Below the pieces are notes generated by a model. The model saw only the letters and a list, made by a program, of their open reading frames with translations, made no database searches and had not been told where the DNA came from. Below, piece by piece: positions 13,201 to 27,408 of a stretch of 64,000 nt of DNA. Numbering within the stretch: the stretch's first letter is position 1; each line of letters opens with the position of its first letter. The translations under genes and the position numbers were made by a program. The stretch is from NCBI RefSeq assembly GCF_009914755.1, contig NC_060927.1. One strand, written 5' to 3'. This DNA is from the human T2T-CHM13v2.0 reference genome, Homo sapiens.

Positions 13201-16200
13201 ATACCACGTCGGAAAGGTTGCCAAGTCCTGGATTTCACTGATGAGACGGTTCCATTCTCATCTATGTGGCTGGTCGGCTGCCACCTAAACCAAGGAGAGC
13301 TCCCATTTGCTTTGTGTGAACTGGCTTTGCTGTAGCAGTGCTAACTAGCCATGAGGTAGATTTCTTACAATCAGTTTGGCATGGCTCTTTGCTCATAGCC
13401 TTATGTATGACAATCAAGTCTACATGGATGCCTAGAGGATTCTTTAGGGATTGGAGGACATAAATGGGACTGAAAAGCTCATAAATGAGGGCATGTCACA
13501 AAAACTGAAATTAGAGAGTAATTATGGTACTTAGGGCTATGGGAAGAACTAATGGGATCAAACTAATAAAATATTTCTTGAGAGCAAGTGACATTAGCTT
13601 GTGTGAGGAGTCCAAAAAGACTGTGGAATTATGTTCTGTGCCATCAAAATCCTTACCCCATCCACCCAGAAGAGAAAAGTATATCCCTCACAGGCAGATT
13701 GGCCTCATATGCCTTTGCTCTAATTTTCCGTTTGTCTGAATAAAGATGTAACACAATACAATTGAAAAAGGATGCGGATTCAGTGCTGGACAGTAATAGT
13801 TCTAGCCATGGGTTCTCTGTCTTTCTAGTACCAATAAAGAACCCCCTCTCCTCTCTGTGAAAAAAATTAGTTATTCATGTGGCATAATCGGTTTTAACAC
13901 TTAGTTCAAGGCTCACAAAATCCAAGTGATTCTTCAGTAAAATGTTAATTTCCTGTTTTACTTGCAGCCTCACACCCATATTGAGATGTCACTGGGCTTT
14001 TTTTCTCCATGAACCATTTTACTGAATGTGCCAAGTGAGAAATGTAAAATGAGGTTGTCATTTCAATCTGGGGGGAAAGGCAGGGCATGTGTTGTGTAGG
14101 GGAAAACTCAATGCAGCAGTCTGTAATGCATATGTAAGACAAATTCAGATGATTTGGGGCCCTTTTGATAGCATGTTCTACTTTTTTTATAAGAATATTA
14201 ATTATTATATTTTCCCTTGAGACTTCATTGAAGAGTTAACAAGATTATTGATTTTTTTTCAAATTAAGCAAGGAATGTACTTGAGAATGCATAATTCATA
14301 ATAAATAAGCATCAAAACACTTTATAAAGTCAACAAGCAAAGTTCATTCTGACCTATTCAATTTTTAACTTGAATAAATTTCATATTTCTTACCATAACA
14401 TTATACTTCAATGCACTGAATACTGATATACAAGTATATTTAAATATGGCAATAAAAATCAGCTGGAACCAATCAGATTTATGTGATAGGACCCTTGAGG
14501 CTAATATTTTACTATATCATTTATTTAAACTCTTATCTTACTAGTCTATTTAATAGGACAAAGTGATTAGGTGCTTCTATTTGAGAGTGTACAGTATTTG
14601 CGTTCTGTGTCACTGACACTAATGGCAGGGATCTGTGTGATTTTCGGTACTGGAAATTAGACAACAAAATTCACTATCAGTAAATTTCCAAGAGGATTCA
14701 CAATTTGGCTTAATCAGTGGATATTATTATTTTACAAAGCCACCTGCTTTGTGCAAGTAGCAACAATGTTCTTTCTATCAAAAATGCTCCTACAAAATAG
14801 ATGCGGCAGTAAATGTTTTACAACTAGCTAATTGCTACCTGTTCCTATGAAGGCCATTATGGAATGATGTTATTTGCACTCCATTCTTATCCTCGTACTA
14901 TCCCAAAGCACATGTGTAGGACTTTACTTAGAGTTATCATATTGTCAGAGCAATATTATCATTTTAGGGGGATAGTGTTGTGTTGAAGAAAGTACCCCCA
15001 AAATGAAATAAATAGATTGGGTGAGTTTCTTGCCTTTAAAACTTACTATCAGGTGTTTCGGGGCCAATCTCTAAATATCCCTGAGCCTTAGTGTGCTTCT
15101 CAACAAAGTAATAGTAAAATATTTTGCTCTACTCAGGTCTCAGGACTGTTATGATAATTAAAAATGACAATAAAAAGTATTCTGTAAACTGTAGGACAAC
15201 AGAAAAATGGCCATAATTATATTTTTAAAATGTATGCTTCTGGTGGTCTTGTAAACACAATTTTATTAACTACAAATGTACCATTTGAAATGGACTATCT
15301 ATACAGTTTTGACATCATATTTAATTGATTCTGTTTTTTCAGTGGGTTTACCCAAGCTTCAGTTAGTTTGAAACTGTTACAAATAAACATTTGTATACTT
15401 TTAAAATTATTGTTTTGATGTGCTGGTATTTGGGAAAAGAGCAGTAAGTAATGGGTAAAACTTAATGATCACTGTCCTCTAGGTGCTAGCATTGAACAGT
15501 TGTGTCCCTTTTTGGCTTCAACTCTTCCTTTCCCTGCTTTCTTTCTTACTCGAGCCATCTTGTGTCTACTCTCTTTTCCTATTCCCTAATCCTTGCCCTT
15601 TTCCTTCTTTTACTGTTCAATTCATCCATTTCATTTGCTACCTTTTCCTTGGGTGTCTAGTTATTAGGAAAAAACATTCACAGCATTACATTACACATGA
15701 TTACTTTAGAAATTTGATTTTCTTTGCTTATATTGAATATATTCCCTATATTGAAAACTCTGAAATTTTCAATATAAGGATTTCTGAAATTTTCAATATA
15801 AGGAATTTATTTATGCCAAGCTTCTTGAATATCTTTTCTATTATCAAATACAAATCTGAGCAAGTTCCTAAAACTTAAGTAGTCTTGGAAAAAAAATCAC
15901 TGGAACTTTTAAGGACATAACAACAGTTTGCCAGACTTCTATTAAAAAAGTAGATTTGCTCAAAATATAGCTTCTTTGTGAACTATAGGTATGGCTTCAA
16001 ATGTTTTCACTGACTGCATAATGAGCAACTAGAGAGCAAGGATTTGGTCTAATTTATGGCTGTATACCTAGTATCTAGCTTGGAGCTCTGAGTAACTAAA
16101 ACAAAATGGTAAATGGACTTGGTGTAGTCCCAATTGCTACATGGAGACTCTTGCTATGCAGCAAATTACACACACATGCAAGTAATTTTATTCAAGAATT

Positions 16201-16789
16201 ATTTGACAGTAAAGACCTAGGCAGTTGTGAGAAATAGTGGTATCTAAAATAAAATCAATCATTAACAAAGAGTTTACAATTTTGAAAGAATAATTCAATG
16301 AGTTCTATAAGAAGAAATTATTATGTTGGCTTACATAACCCTTCATTATCTGATCCTCTCTTTATTCTCTATTTTAGTTTCTTTCCATCCCTCCTCCCTA
16401 AGCTTTAGGGGTTCTGAACTGGTGCTTTTCAAATTGTGTGGAAGAATGATTTGCTTTTGTTTGTTTGAATATTTCATTTCTAATCCACTGTGGACGTGTG
16501 CATGGATCCTGCTGCATGCATATGACTAGTACACTGCTCATTTCACATGACAATACAAGAACTGGTCCAGACTATATTCAAGGCCATGATGATGAGTTCA
16601 CTGATACTCTAATGTTGTAACAGTGTCCACTTTCCATAAAAGTTTCTAAGCACTTATTCGCAATGTCCGATCTTATTTCTGTGCATAGTCTGACAGTGAA
16701 TTAGTGAATTAGTGGATCACTCTCCACCAATTAGCACACTCTTAAATTACTTGCAGTTTGCAAGCCAGTTGATGCCCCCTGCCATTTTG

Positions 16790-17440
16790 CTTTTGGTTTC
16801 TCCTTCCTGTAATGACCCTTTCTTCTGCTCCCGACTAATCTTCTACTAGTCTGTTGAGACTTAGCACTAGAGTCACCTCCTCCAGAAAGCCTTCCAAGAC
16901 TGATACAAAACTCTATTACTATGCTTATCCTCCACATATATCACAGCACCTATTGCCTGGATCTGAACATGTGTGCTCAATTTTCTGAATATCAACTCCT
17001 TAAAGGAGCTTGCTTTTTTTTTTTTTTTTTTTCTGTCCAGTGCCTAAAATGACCTGTGGTCATCATTTACATTTAATATCTAATTATTGAATAAATTAAT
17101 CATCAAATGAAGCAAAAGACATGTAAATGACTCTGGACCCACAAAATAGGGAGATACTGATTCTGGTTGAGGGAACTGGGAAAGTTGTCGCTGAAAAAAA
17201 ATTTTGAACCAACGTTGGAAAGAAGAGAAAGTTGGCAGGCATAGGAAGGAACAACATATTTTAGGCTGCAGAAAAGGCAAAGAGGCCAAAAGGGCACCGA
17301 ATTGTGATCTGATCAAGCAATGATGACTTGTCTTATGTGACTAGAATGTTGAGTCTCTGGCAGATAAGGCTGAAGAAAAATCTGGAGAGGGAGGCATTTA
17401 GATTTAACTTGTGGGATGTGTGAAATCATTAAAGATTTTA
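16790..17440. mobile_element. L2 fragments (highly diverged)
   Basis: gtcacctcctccagaaagccttcc and related L2 3' motifs. Confidence 0.45.
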
Positions 17441-17869
17441 GGCACTCTAGGAAAATTCATTCCTGTGTTCAGTCCACAGCTCCTAAGCAACAATTGAATG
17501 CCATATACCATGTTTGGCCCTGCTACTGAAGCATAATCCCCATCTTCAAACAGCTAGTGGAGTAGACACACAAGCAACATGAAACCATTCTCAAGACTTT
17601 TGGTGAGAAGTAAATGTGTAAAACACTTAAAACAATGCTTGGCATATTACAAGCACTCAATAATTGTCAGCAATAATCATTCTCATACCTGACTTATTAT
17701 TCTTTAATCTTACAAGTTTACAACATTCTTAATGTCAGGTGTGCCTATCCAATAAAAGTGGACATTGATTTTTTTTTTTTGCTACTTTTACAAGTAGGTT
17801 ATAGCCCATTGTCTCTGTCCTAGTAGAATCTGAAAATAAATTGTGTTATCGAATAAGAGAGCAGATTAT

Positions 17870-18065
17870 ATGCTAAGTATTGTGCTCTGGGCTTTACATG
17901 TGTTACCTCTATTATTTAATTCTCATAGCTCCATGAGCCAATACTATTATTACTTCCCTTTAAAGATGTATAACCTAAAGCTTAGAGGGGTTAAGTAACT
18001 TGTCCAAGGGAATCTGAGCACAGGTCTATCCCCAGAAAGCAAATTCTTAACTATAACATTCTACA
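17870..18065 (-). mobile_element. MIR
   Basis: attgtgctctgggctttacatg...cttagaggggttaagtaacttgtccaagg. Confidence 0.75.
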
Positions 18066-19503
18066 GCTATTTATTCAGAAATACATTTTTTATATTTTGC
18101 CGTGATGTAATGAGTATGTTGGTAATTCCTCGTGTCTGCATTTGTTTCTTACTTTATTGTTCCTCTTCTTTCAGATTATCAAAGTGTGATGTAGGCTGAT
18201 TTTTTTTAAAAAAGCTTCTTTTTAAATAATATTTTTTCTACTGAAATAAGTAATTTCTTTTTCTTTTCATTGAATTGTATGTCATATAAAATGATTATTC
18301 TCATGTCATTGTAACAAACAGACCTATTTGTTACTTTTTTCGCCTAACTCAGGGACATAATTTCCTTAAAAAACGAGTAAGCTTTGAATCTCTCACTGGA
18401 GCAGGTTTTACTTTCAGTGCAAACGAGAATCCAAAGTTTGTATCATGGAAGTTCTCTAATACCAGCATACATAATGGGATTTTTATAGTCACTCCTCAAA
18501 GATAAAGGCCATTTATTTTTTTATTTTCCCATAATGAACCATTTAATAAAACACTAAGTGTCTGTATGCCATTTACAAATACGTTCAAGCACTATATTTC
18601 AGACTTAAGGAAGCCATTCTCCTTTCAGGCAGTTTTAATAAATTGAGAAGCCTTGTCACTTATTACGGTAAACATGAACTCAATCAAATTATTAATAAAA
18701 GCTTTCTAATTCATCTTTGGATGTTTTCATTCCCCTAGGAAATACAGTTTTATAATCTAACTTTTAAGCCATATATATATATTTTTTTTCATTTTTCTAC
18801 ATTATGATTAATCACTTGCTGATTGACATTTTCAGTTGGGTCTTATTTTCTTCCTGCCTAATTACATCCAGTCATTTTGTTATCCTTCTGTAATTTCATG
18901 ACAACTCTACTGAAAGTATTGTGACTGTAGATTGATGTTCCACAGCTTCTTATAGTCTTGTAATTTAGGGCCTATTAATGGCAGACTGAGGGGAAAAAAA
19001 AAGAACTTAATTGGTTTTAAATTGCCCTTAAATTGTAATTAGAGGAGAAGAGAAGTAAGTCATAACTTAAGTATTTTTTGTCACAACAAAATTTAGAGGC
19101 ATCCATGTGACACGGTACTGTTTTTGATGGGGACGGGGAAAACTTCTTGATAACTAGATGTGTGAATGCTACTGCAATGCTTACTGGGAAAATAAACCAG
19201 CACCTTATGGAGATGTGTATGAGCCTGAATGTGGCACAAGGGCCTGCAGGGAAGGAATCCCATAGTAGCAGTATGACCTTAGGTCTGGGGGTGACTAGAC
19301 AGAAAGGTGAAAGCATAATTTAATATAAAAACAAAATCTTCCAGCAAGACATGGGGCATAGAAATGAGTTGCTTCCTAACAGAATTTGAGAAACAGCCCT
19401 ACATAAGATAAGTCTTCTAATCTTCCATGTGTATTTTTGTTGCCACCATGAGTCGACTTTGGCTGAAAGTACATTGATCCTGCCATGGTTTTGGTGTGGC
19501 CGT

Positions 19504-19617
19504 GGATGGAAGGGCGATCTGGCTGCCACATCTGTCACCCATTGATTTTCCAGTTGATTTTGCCATGACTTGGTAGGTGGGGTCTCCTTTCTTTCTCCAT
19601 CTGCATCTCTCCCAAAC
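19504..19617 (+). pseudogene. 7SK RNA-derived pseudogene fragment (5' portion)
   Basis: ggatggaagggcgatctggctgccacatctgtcacccattgattttccagttgatt closely follows the 7SK 5' end (GGATGTGAGGGCGATCTGGCTGCGACATCTGTCACCCCATTGATCGCCAGGGTTGATT); similarity decays after about 110 nt. Confidence 0.88.
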
Positions 19618-20339
19618 CTCAATCAAAAAGAATGCCCTTATAAGGAGCAGAAATCATCTTTAGTCATGTTGTTGAATTCTATGTGTATAATTTCAAAACT
19701 AGCTCTGCTTGTAGAGAGTAGATAATTTTATATAATTTGCTAAGTTACTCTACCTCTTTTACAGTGGAGGGAAAATAGTCTTAGATGTTGAAGAGAAACA
19801 CTTGTGGAGTCAAATACAGAAGGAAGAATATAAGATTTAAGATTGGCATAGGTTATGATTTTGAGGGAAGAGACAGTTGTAGCTAAGATGATTTATTTGC
19901 ATTATCAGTGAAGTGACTGTTGAAATGCAGTAACAATTCAGATGGCAAGTGGTAACAAGGCAGGTAAGAGTATATTCACCAGTATTTTTTGTGCTTCTTT
20001 TGTCAAGTGAGTGATTTCAAAGCCTTTCATATCATTATTCATGGATATGCAGTTTGTGCATCGGGAATTAGCCAGAGAGGCAGTTTTTATTTTCACAGTT
20101 GACTTTCAGAATTATGAAAACCTAACTTCTTTAACTCCATTTGCTTGTACATTGTTTTGACACATTCTGTAATGAAATTTTATGACAAGGTAAAGCATTT
20201 ATACTGGAGAGTACCTGATTCAGTTAAATTAGATAAAAGCATCTGAATTGGACACACTTCCCATCCCCTTGCAGATGAATCTCACTTTTACAGATTGTAG
20301 AAAAGAGCAAGAGGGGTGCCATGTTACAACACAGAGAGA

Positions 20340-20430
20340 TTTTCATCTTGCTTCTTTCTTACCCTTTCCTAGTGCCTGTCAAATTGCCTGAAACACAGTA
20401 GGTAGATACTCGTATACATTTGTTGAAAAG
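20340..20430 (+). mobile_element. L2 3' end
   Basis: cctagtgcct...tgcctgaaacacagtaggt...atacatttgttgaa. Confidence 0.55.
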
Positions 20431-21529
20431 TTCATAAGTAAGTAGATGAATATTAATTACAAACTATGTAAAGAATTTGTATCATAAATCAATTTTTCAT
20501 ATACATTTTGAAAATTAATAAAACTATTAATAAGTCTCTTATTATTTTACCTGACCTACCTCTGCCTGAACCTGTATGGGTAGTTTAGTGGTAGACATGT
20601 ACCTTGTATAGTTATAGTGAAAAAAAAATTCCTTATAGTAATCCATGTCATTTATCTGAGATTTTTTTAAGAGGCATATTTGTATGTAAAAATACATAAA
20701 GCATTAAATTTTTCAGTACTTCCTTGTCTATAGATAATTTCTGTTGCCAAAGGTTCAGCATTTCCTTGGGCGGGATCTTGAGAACTCAAAGCAAATGCCA
20801 GTTCTTTTACACTCAACCCTGCAGGCTTGAGGATGAAATATGAATAATCTGATCTACAAATACATTCACAAATGTGTATAACAGCTGTATGTAGACAGAA
20901 TATGAACAGTTTCCCGTTGCTGTTTAATACTTTTCTGAGCTTTCTTCAAGTGTTTGGTGCTAACTGGGCACCTCAATTATTCTCCATCTGTGCTCACTAC
21001 CAAAGCTGCCAGCCATCATACTGCTTGGGCCCCGGAGCCTATGGCAGAGAGCCTGACGGGGTAAATGGTGCAATCTAGTACTTCTTCCTGGGCTAGCCTA
21101 GCTAGTTAATCTAGTGAACAGATTACTTTGTCTTCAGCATTGACTTAGACTACGAAATAAAGCTATGGGTTGTCACAGCCTCAAAGGCAACTTTGAATGG
21201 AGAGGATATTATATTAGAATTCCGTTCAACAGTGTTTTTCATTGCAAATGGGATGAAATGGTTTAAAAGTGAAACTGCTATAAATGAAAGGTTTTGGGTG
21301 GGGCAACAAAGGAGTTAAGTAATCAAATTAGAGGATGAGATATAAAATCCATCAGCCTCAATTTCCAATTTCACTCCCTATCAAATAGTATGCTAAGCTA
21401 AACCAGAGAGCCTTTTGTTCTTTAAGCCTATAGACATTTTTCACTGATATGGAGACTTTTCTTGGTAAAAATGGACATCCATGATTTCTCATAATATTTG
21501 AATCAAGTAATATGTCTTATGATGACCAC

Positions 21530-21760
21530 AATTACCATTTATGGAGAATCCATTATGTGGCAAGCTCTGTGCAAGAAGCCCTATGATAGCTAATTCTTGT
21601 AATAACTCCACAAGTTAAATGCTATTACAAATTGACAGGAAGGAACCTAGGTTCAGAGCAGTTAAGTAATGCTGAATTTACACGGCTAGCAAGTTTCTGT
21701 GCTAGAGATTTGAACCTGGCTGCATTTGGCAGCATAACAGTTATTCTTAATTTATTTCAC
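21530..21760 (-). mobile_element. MIR
   Basis: ttaccatttatggagaatccattatgtggcaag...gttcagagcagttaagtaat...gatttgaacctggc. Confidence 0.7.
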
Positions 21761-24700
21761 ACTCTGCATCTAAGAGCCCAAGGCTCTCATGGGTTTGGAA
21801 CCAATTTCTGCAGCTTCTGGATTCTTATCTTCACTTTTTATAAAGCTGCAGATGAATTTGTGAGTGGGAAGAGGGACACTCAAAAACGTCACTTAACTTT
21901 TCTAAGGGCATTGAGGACAATCATCATGGCACCACCAATGTGATCCTAAATTCAGAGACTTTTTACAAAAAATTTGTATTTCTACATGGTACTTATTTTA
22001 TGGTTATATTTCACCATGGTATAAAATATTAAAGAATATATATTTTTTAAAATTGGGGGTTCAGCTGATGAAATGGTGGAGAAAGCAGTGAATTGGAATG
22101 TTTTCTCTTTTCCCACTAAGCCTGAACAGACTGCTCCATCTCATATGTTAACAGATCACACAGCCTCAGCCATGGATAACTTGGACTTTTCAAGTTGATG
22201 TGAAGAATAGGGAAAGAGGAAGAAGAAGGACAGGAAAAGAGAAAATGGGAAGCAACTCAGGATCTGATTTAAAACTGTGAAAAGAAGAACCAGAACATAT
22301 GCCCCCCTTTACCCTCCTTGAACAGTAGGACTTAAAGCAAGTGGAACAAAACTTTTCCCTTTCTTTGTCTCTCCCTAAGCAAATATTCATTTTCTTGAAG
22401 GAGATTGCTGATCAGAATCAAGCTCTCCCTACCTCTCTCTTGCCACATCCCATCTTGCCCTACAATTCAACTTGCTTACTCCTACACCTTCAAGATTCCC
22501 CCACTTTCAGTCAATCAATCATGTGAAGAGCCATGCTGTAATTTTGTGCTTTTCACATCCTCAACTTATGTTACAATGAGATTTCGAGGTGCTTTTTGCT
22601 GGCTCAAGCTGATAAGAGAAAATATGTAAGAGTGTTGGCTTCTTGAGCTAACATCAGTGTTGTGAGTTATATAATGAAACCTGTCTGGATCGGAATCCTA
22701 AAGCTATTATCTTTCTAGAACTGAGATAGGACACTTAAGGAGCCATTTAGAATCTCTTAGCCACTTATAGGTTGGGAAATCAGGTTCTTTTCCTCTTAAA
22801 AAAGGTTTGTTGAGGGTAGCTTACCATATTGTCAGCATTTTGCCTTATCAGACCTTGGGAGATATACTGAATTCTAAGGTATGATTTCTCCATACGGTTA
22901 TTTTGCCTATTAAATAAGGTCTCAATATCTATTCTGGTGGTGTTTGAAAAGTTTTCACTTGGGATCTTCTGTGACCTTGGTGTTGTGTGCCATTTGTGCA
23001 TCATTAAAAGGTCGTAATGAAGTTCTGCTGCACACAGATTGTAAAAGGTCAAGCAGAAAGTTGGGAGCCAATGAGGTTGGGAAGAAAAATTGTGCTTGCT
23101 GCAGAAGTTGAGGGATTCATTATATTGATGCTATGGGGTTTTCAGCAGAGTAATAACTGGGTTAGCAATAGAAAGTAAATCTTCTCAGCCACTTAGTCTG
23201 AATCTGCTTCTTCTTGATTTGTGGGGATATATTTTTAACAGAGTACAAGGAAAGTCATTACACTCAGAGGAAAGCCAGTAGAATTGGTAAATGCACTGTA
23301 GATAGACCAGCCAAAAGAAGAGCAGAGCTAGAGGGATAAAGCATGTCAGCTTCCTGGTTCCCACTCTGAGAGGTATTGTCAACCCATATAAAATAATTGG
23401 CTGAGAAGAACTTTGCATAAGTAATTATTTTAATTCTTTAAAGGATCTAAAGGACTGTTTTTTAACTTTAATGTCCTGGAGGTACAAGAATAGCTAATTA
23501 ACTTGCTTAAAATAGCTATCAACAGAATTAATTAAAATGATTTAACATAAAAATAACATCAAAATAGCAGCAACTTCAAGTCAATTTATTTAGAAAGGAT
23601 CAGCAAGGTAAGCTAATAAGGGCTTGGCTACTCTATAAAGTGCAGAAGCTCCAGTTACTGGATCTCCATTGAATATTCCCTGGTTGCAGTTTCTTAAAAT
23701 GGGACTCTAGAAATTATGTGTAAAAGTGCAGCAGTTGATTGCATGTCTCACAAGCTTACATATGGAGTGAGATAATTTCTTCTTTAAACAAGCCCCAAAC
23801 CATCTGTTGACTTAAGTCAACCCTCTGAATTTTACTTTGAAATAAATCGGAAGCCTAGTTATTCCACAAGACTAGTTTAATGTGTTTTCTAAATTCATAC
23901 ATGTGAATGCTTGGGGGGGAAGAAACTGTAAGAAAGCTTTTTCTGTAGAAGGATAAAAGTCATTAAGATATGGCTTATAAAATTAAGACTATTATTAGGA
24001 ATTTCAACTTAATTCAAATCCACTGATCTTAACTGAGTGTTTAAAAGGTTTTAAAAAAGAAAAAGTGACTTTTAAGAAAGCTTTTGAAGCTTGGGAGTGA
24101 GGGACAATGGGCGGTTACTGACAATTTATTTAATTATTATGTTGTATTATCAAGTATTTTGGTATTAAGGCACATAATCTAAGGTAGAAGGACTACGTAT
24201 AGTTCTCTTTTCCATAGGTGGCACCCTGTTTTATATAGAAACTGATTTTTTTCTTCATCAATACCACATGTTGGCTAAATGGCCAATGTATCAAGTGGAG
24301 TTAATCTTTTATTGCTGTTCACATATAATAATCTCAACATCTTTTAAATTTTTGCTTTTAAAAAATTCTGATTAAATGCCAACTAAGAAGACAGTAAATT
24401 CAATGGCTTGAACGTATTCTCTAAAAAAAAACACTAATTATATGAACCAGAATGTTACATGACAGCCCTTTAGAATCAGAATAGTGTATGTCATATATAT
24501 CATTCACTCATATAGCCTTGTTATTCAGAAGATGAAACTATTGTTTCTATCTAATTTTTTTCTCTAAAATGAAAATGTTGTTGAAATTGCTATCTTTGTG
24601 ATGAAAGAAACAATATTTATTAATACATTTTTCTTTTATCTCTTTAGAAACTATTTTTTCTATTAAAATGTACATACTCAGAATACTATCATTATTAATT

Positions 24701-24899
24701 TAACAGTGATTTAAATATAATAGTTATGTGGAAAAATATTACATTTATTATTTTCTTCCCTCAGTATAACACTGTATTAGATACTGATCATAACAACCAG
24801 AACCTTTGTCATGGCAATCTTATTCATTCATTTACTCATCCATCAAACAGTTCCTTAGAAATTGTTCCATACCAGGCTTTGGAAAGTTTCCTCTGAAAG

Positions 24900-25725
24900 A
24901 AAACTCTATTATCTAGCAAAGAACCAGAGATGTAGAAAAACGATTGCAATCTAACATGATAATGTTGGATGTAAAATATCATTGCATACATAGAAACAAT
25001 AATATGGAATACAGCTGATCTCTCATGAGAATTAATGGAGTATGGACAACAATGGAATGACATCTGAAAAATGTTGAAAGACTGTGAAAACTGAACTCAG
25101 AATTTTATTTCCAAGGAAAATAACTCTCAAAATTAAGGCTTAAATAAATACATTTTTAGATAAATAACAACTGGCAAAGTTCATCACTGCAGACCTGTTT
25201 TACAAGAAAAGCTAAAAGAAGTTCTTGATGCTATGGGAAATGACATCCGTAGAAACTCTGATCTGCAGAGAGGAATGAAGAGCACTGGAAATTATCAATT
25301 TTGAGATAAATAGAAGAGATAAACTTCTTTTATTTTCTTATTTTTTTAGGTACACTAATGTCTGTTTAAAATAATAACAAAATATTGTGAGTTTTCCCAT
25401 ATATAGATGTAAAATATGACAACATTTGCACAAAGGATGAGAAAAAATAAAATTATGTCATGAGGTTCTTATATTTTATATACAGTACTAAAATTTGTTA
25501 TCAACTAGCTTAGCAAAAATGGTAATGTGTGTATTTATGTGTGAGAGAGAGGGAAACAGAGAGACAGAGACAGAAAGAGACAGATTAAGAGAGAAAAAGG
25601 ATGTTGTAAAATTTTAACAGTTGGTAAATTTAGGACAAACATTTGTAGGCATGTATTGCATTAGTCTTTTAACCTTAGTATGGTTTTGAAATTTTTAATA
25701 GTAAAAGGGTTAGAAGTAAAAGGAA
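24900..25725 (+). mobile_element. Old L1M (ME-like) fragments: ORF1 end, inter-ORF region and 3' end
   Basis: aactcagaattttatttcc...acaagaaaagctaaaagaagttctt (L1M ORF1 end); ttttgaaatttttaatagtaaaa (L1ME-type 3' end). Confidence 0.65.
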
Positions 25726-25745
25726 AAGCAGATCCTAAAGGATTA

Positions 25746-26050
<305 letters not shown>

Positions 26051-26264
26051 AAAAAACAAGGGAAGATACCAGGAAAAGCATATAGAAAGCTTCATGAAGA
26101 CAACACTTTTTTCCCAACACCTAATATAGTGATGGAATTTAGTGTAAAATATTTTTTGGTGAATTATTAATTATTAATGAACAGGAACTTGACAGGTGAA
26201 AGAGTAGAAAAAGGAAAAGGAAAATAATTCGGAATATTAGCCTATCATCATAACTACATTAACA

Positions 26265-26800
26265 TATAGTATAGTGATCAAGAGCAGGAATTCTGGAGCT
26301 AGATTAATAGTTTGGGTTTGAATCTTGACTCCACTACTTACTAGCTGTGTAATCTTGGACATATAACTTAACCTCTCTATGCCTTAGTTTCAAATGAATT
26401 TAATTACAATGCTTATTAATTACATTAATATTAATTATAATATTAATGTATGATACATATATTAATAAGGATATATGAGAATATGTATATGTATAATAGG
26501 ATATATGTGTGAATATATATATGTATGTATAAATTTAGGGAAAGCAGTTACAGATATTCATTACATTAGTCTTTCAACTTCTCAATAGTTTTGAAATTTT
26601 TAATAATAAAAAGGTTAGAAGTAAAAGAAATAGTTCCTGAAGCACTAATTATTAGACAAATATTCAGAGTAAAAAAAGAAATAAGAATGTAAGGTTATAT
26701 ATATGGATATACATTATATTAATACACATAGTAAGTACTATATATTAAGTACTATATATTAAGACACATAGTAAGTACTATATAAATGTTAGCTTCTATT
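26265..26800 (+). mobile_element. MIR split in two parts (26265-26395 and about 26720-26800)
   Basis: gggtttgaatcttgactccactacttactagctgtgtaatcttgg...ttaacctctctatgcctt, later cacatagtaagtactatataaatgttagc. Confidence 0.7.
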
Positions 26801-27408
26801 ATATTGTCTTATAAAACATTAAAAAATATCTTAAAGAAAACTGCATATTCAATTCAATGAGGTGTCAAGTATTTTATAAATAAGTACAGTATATAATCCT
26901 TAAATTAAAAAGAAATAAAATTGTATTTTTTGAAATAAGTAGAAGAGATACACTTTTTATTTTCTTATTTTTTGAAAGACTACTATCTGTTTTAAAATAA
27001 TAATATGTTATGGGTTTTTCCATATGTAGATGTAAAATATGACAGCATTTGCACAAATAATGAGAAAATAAATGAAATTAAGTTGTGAGGTTCTTATATA
27101 AGTGCTAAAATGTATTATCAAAGAGCTTAACAAAAATGATAATGTGTGTGTTTCTGTGAGAGAGGGAAACAGAGAGACAGAGAGAAAGAGACAGATTAAG
27201 GGAGAAAGAGGATGTATGTATAATTTATATGTATAAATTTATCATTCACTCTTTGTCAATTATTTGATCATATCTTTTGAAATATATTAAGTAAATATTC
27301 TCAAAACACATAACCAAACCTTGACTTCTGAAAGAGAATTTTTCTTGGTGTGGAAGAATAATTCAAGCGTGATTTAAACATTTTAAGACATTGATTTGAA
27401 TTCCTCAG

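Noticed and set aside
13225-13265. GTC...CTGATGAG resembling a hammerhead ribozyme core
   Set aside because: No stem II followed by GAAA and no convincing flanking helices
16586-16700. ATGATGA...CTGA resembling a C/D-box snoRNA
   Set aside because: No terminal stem closing the boxes and no recognisable rRNA guide; only short 7-8 bp inverted matches
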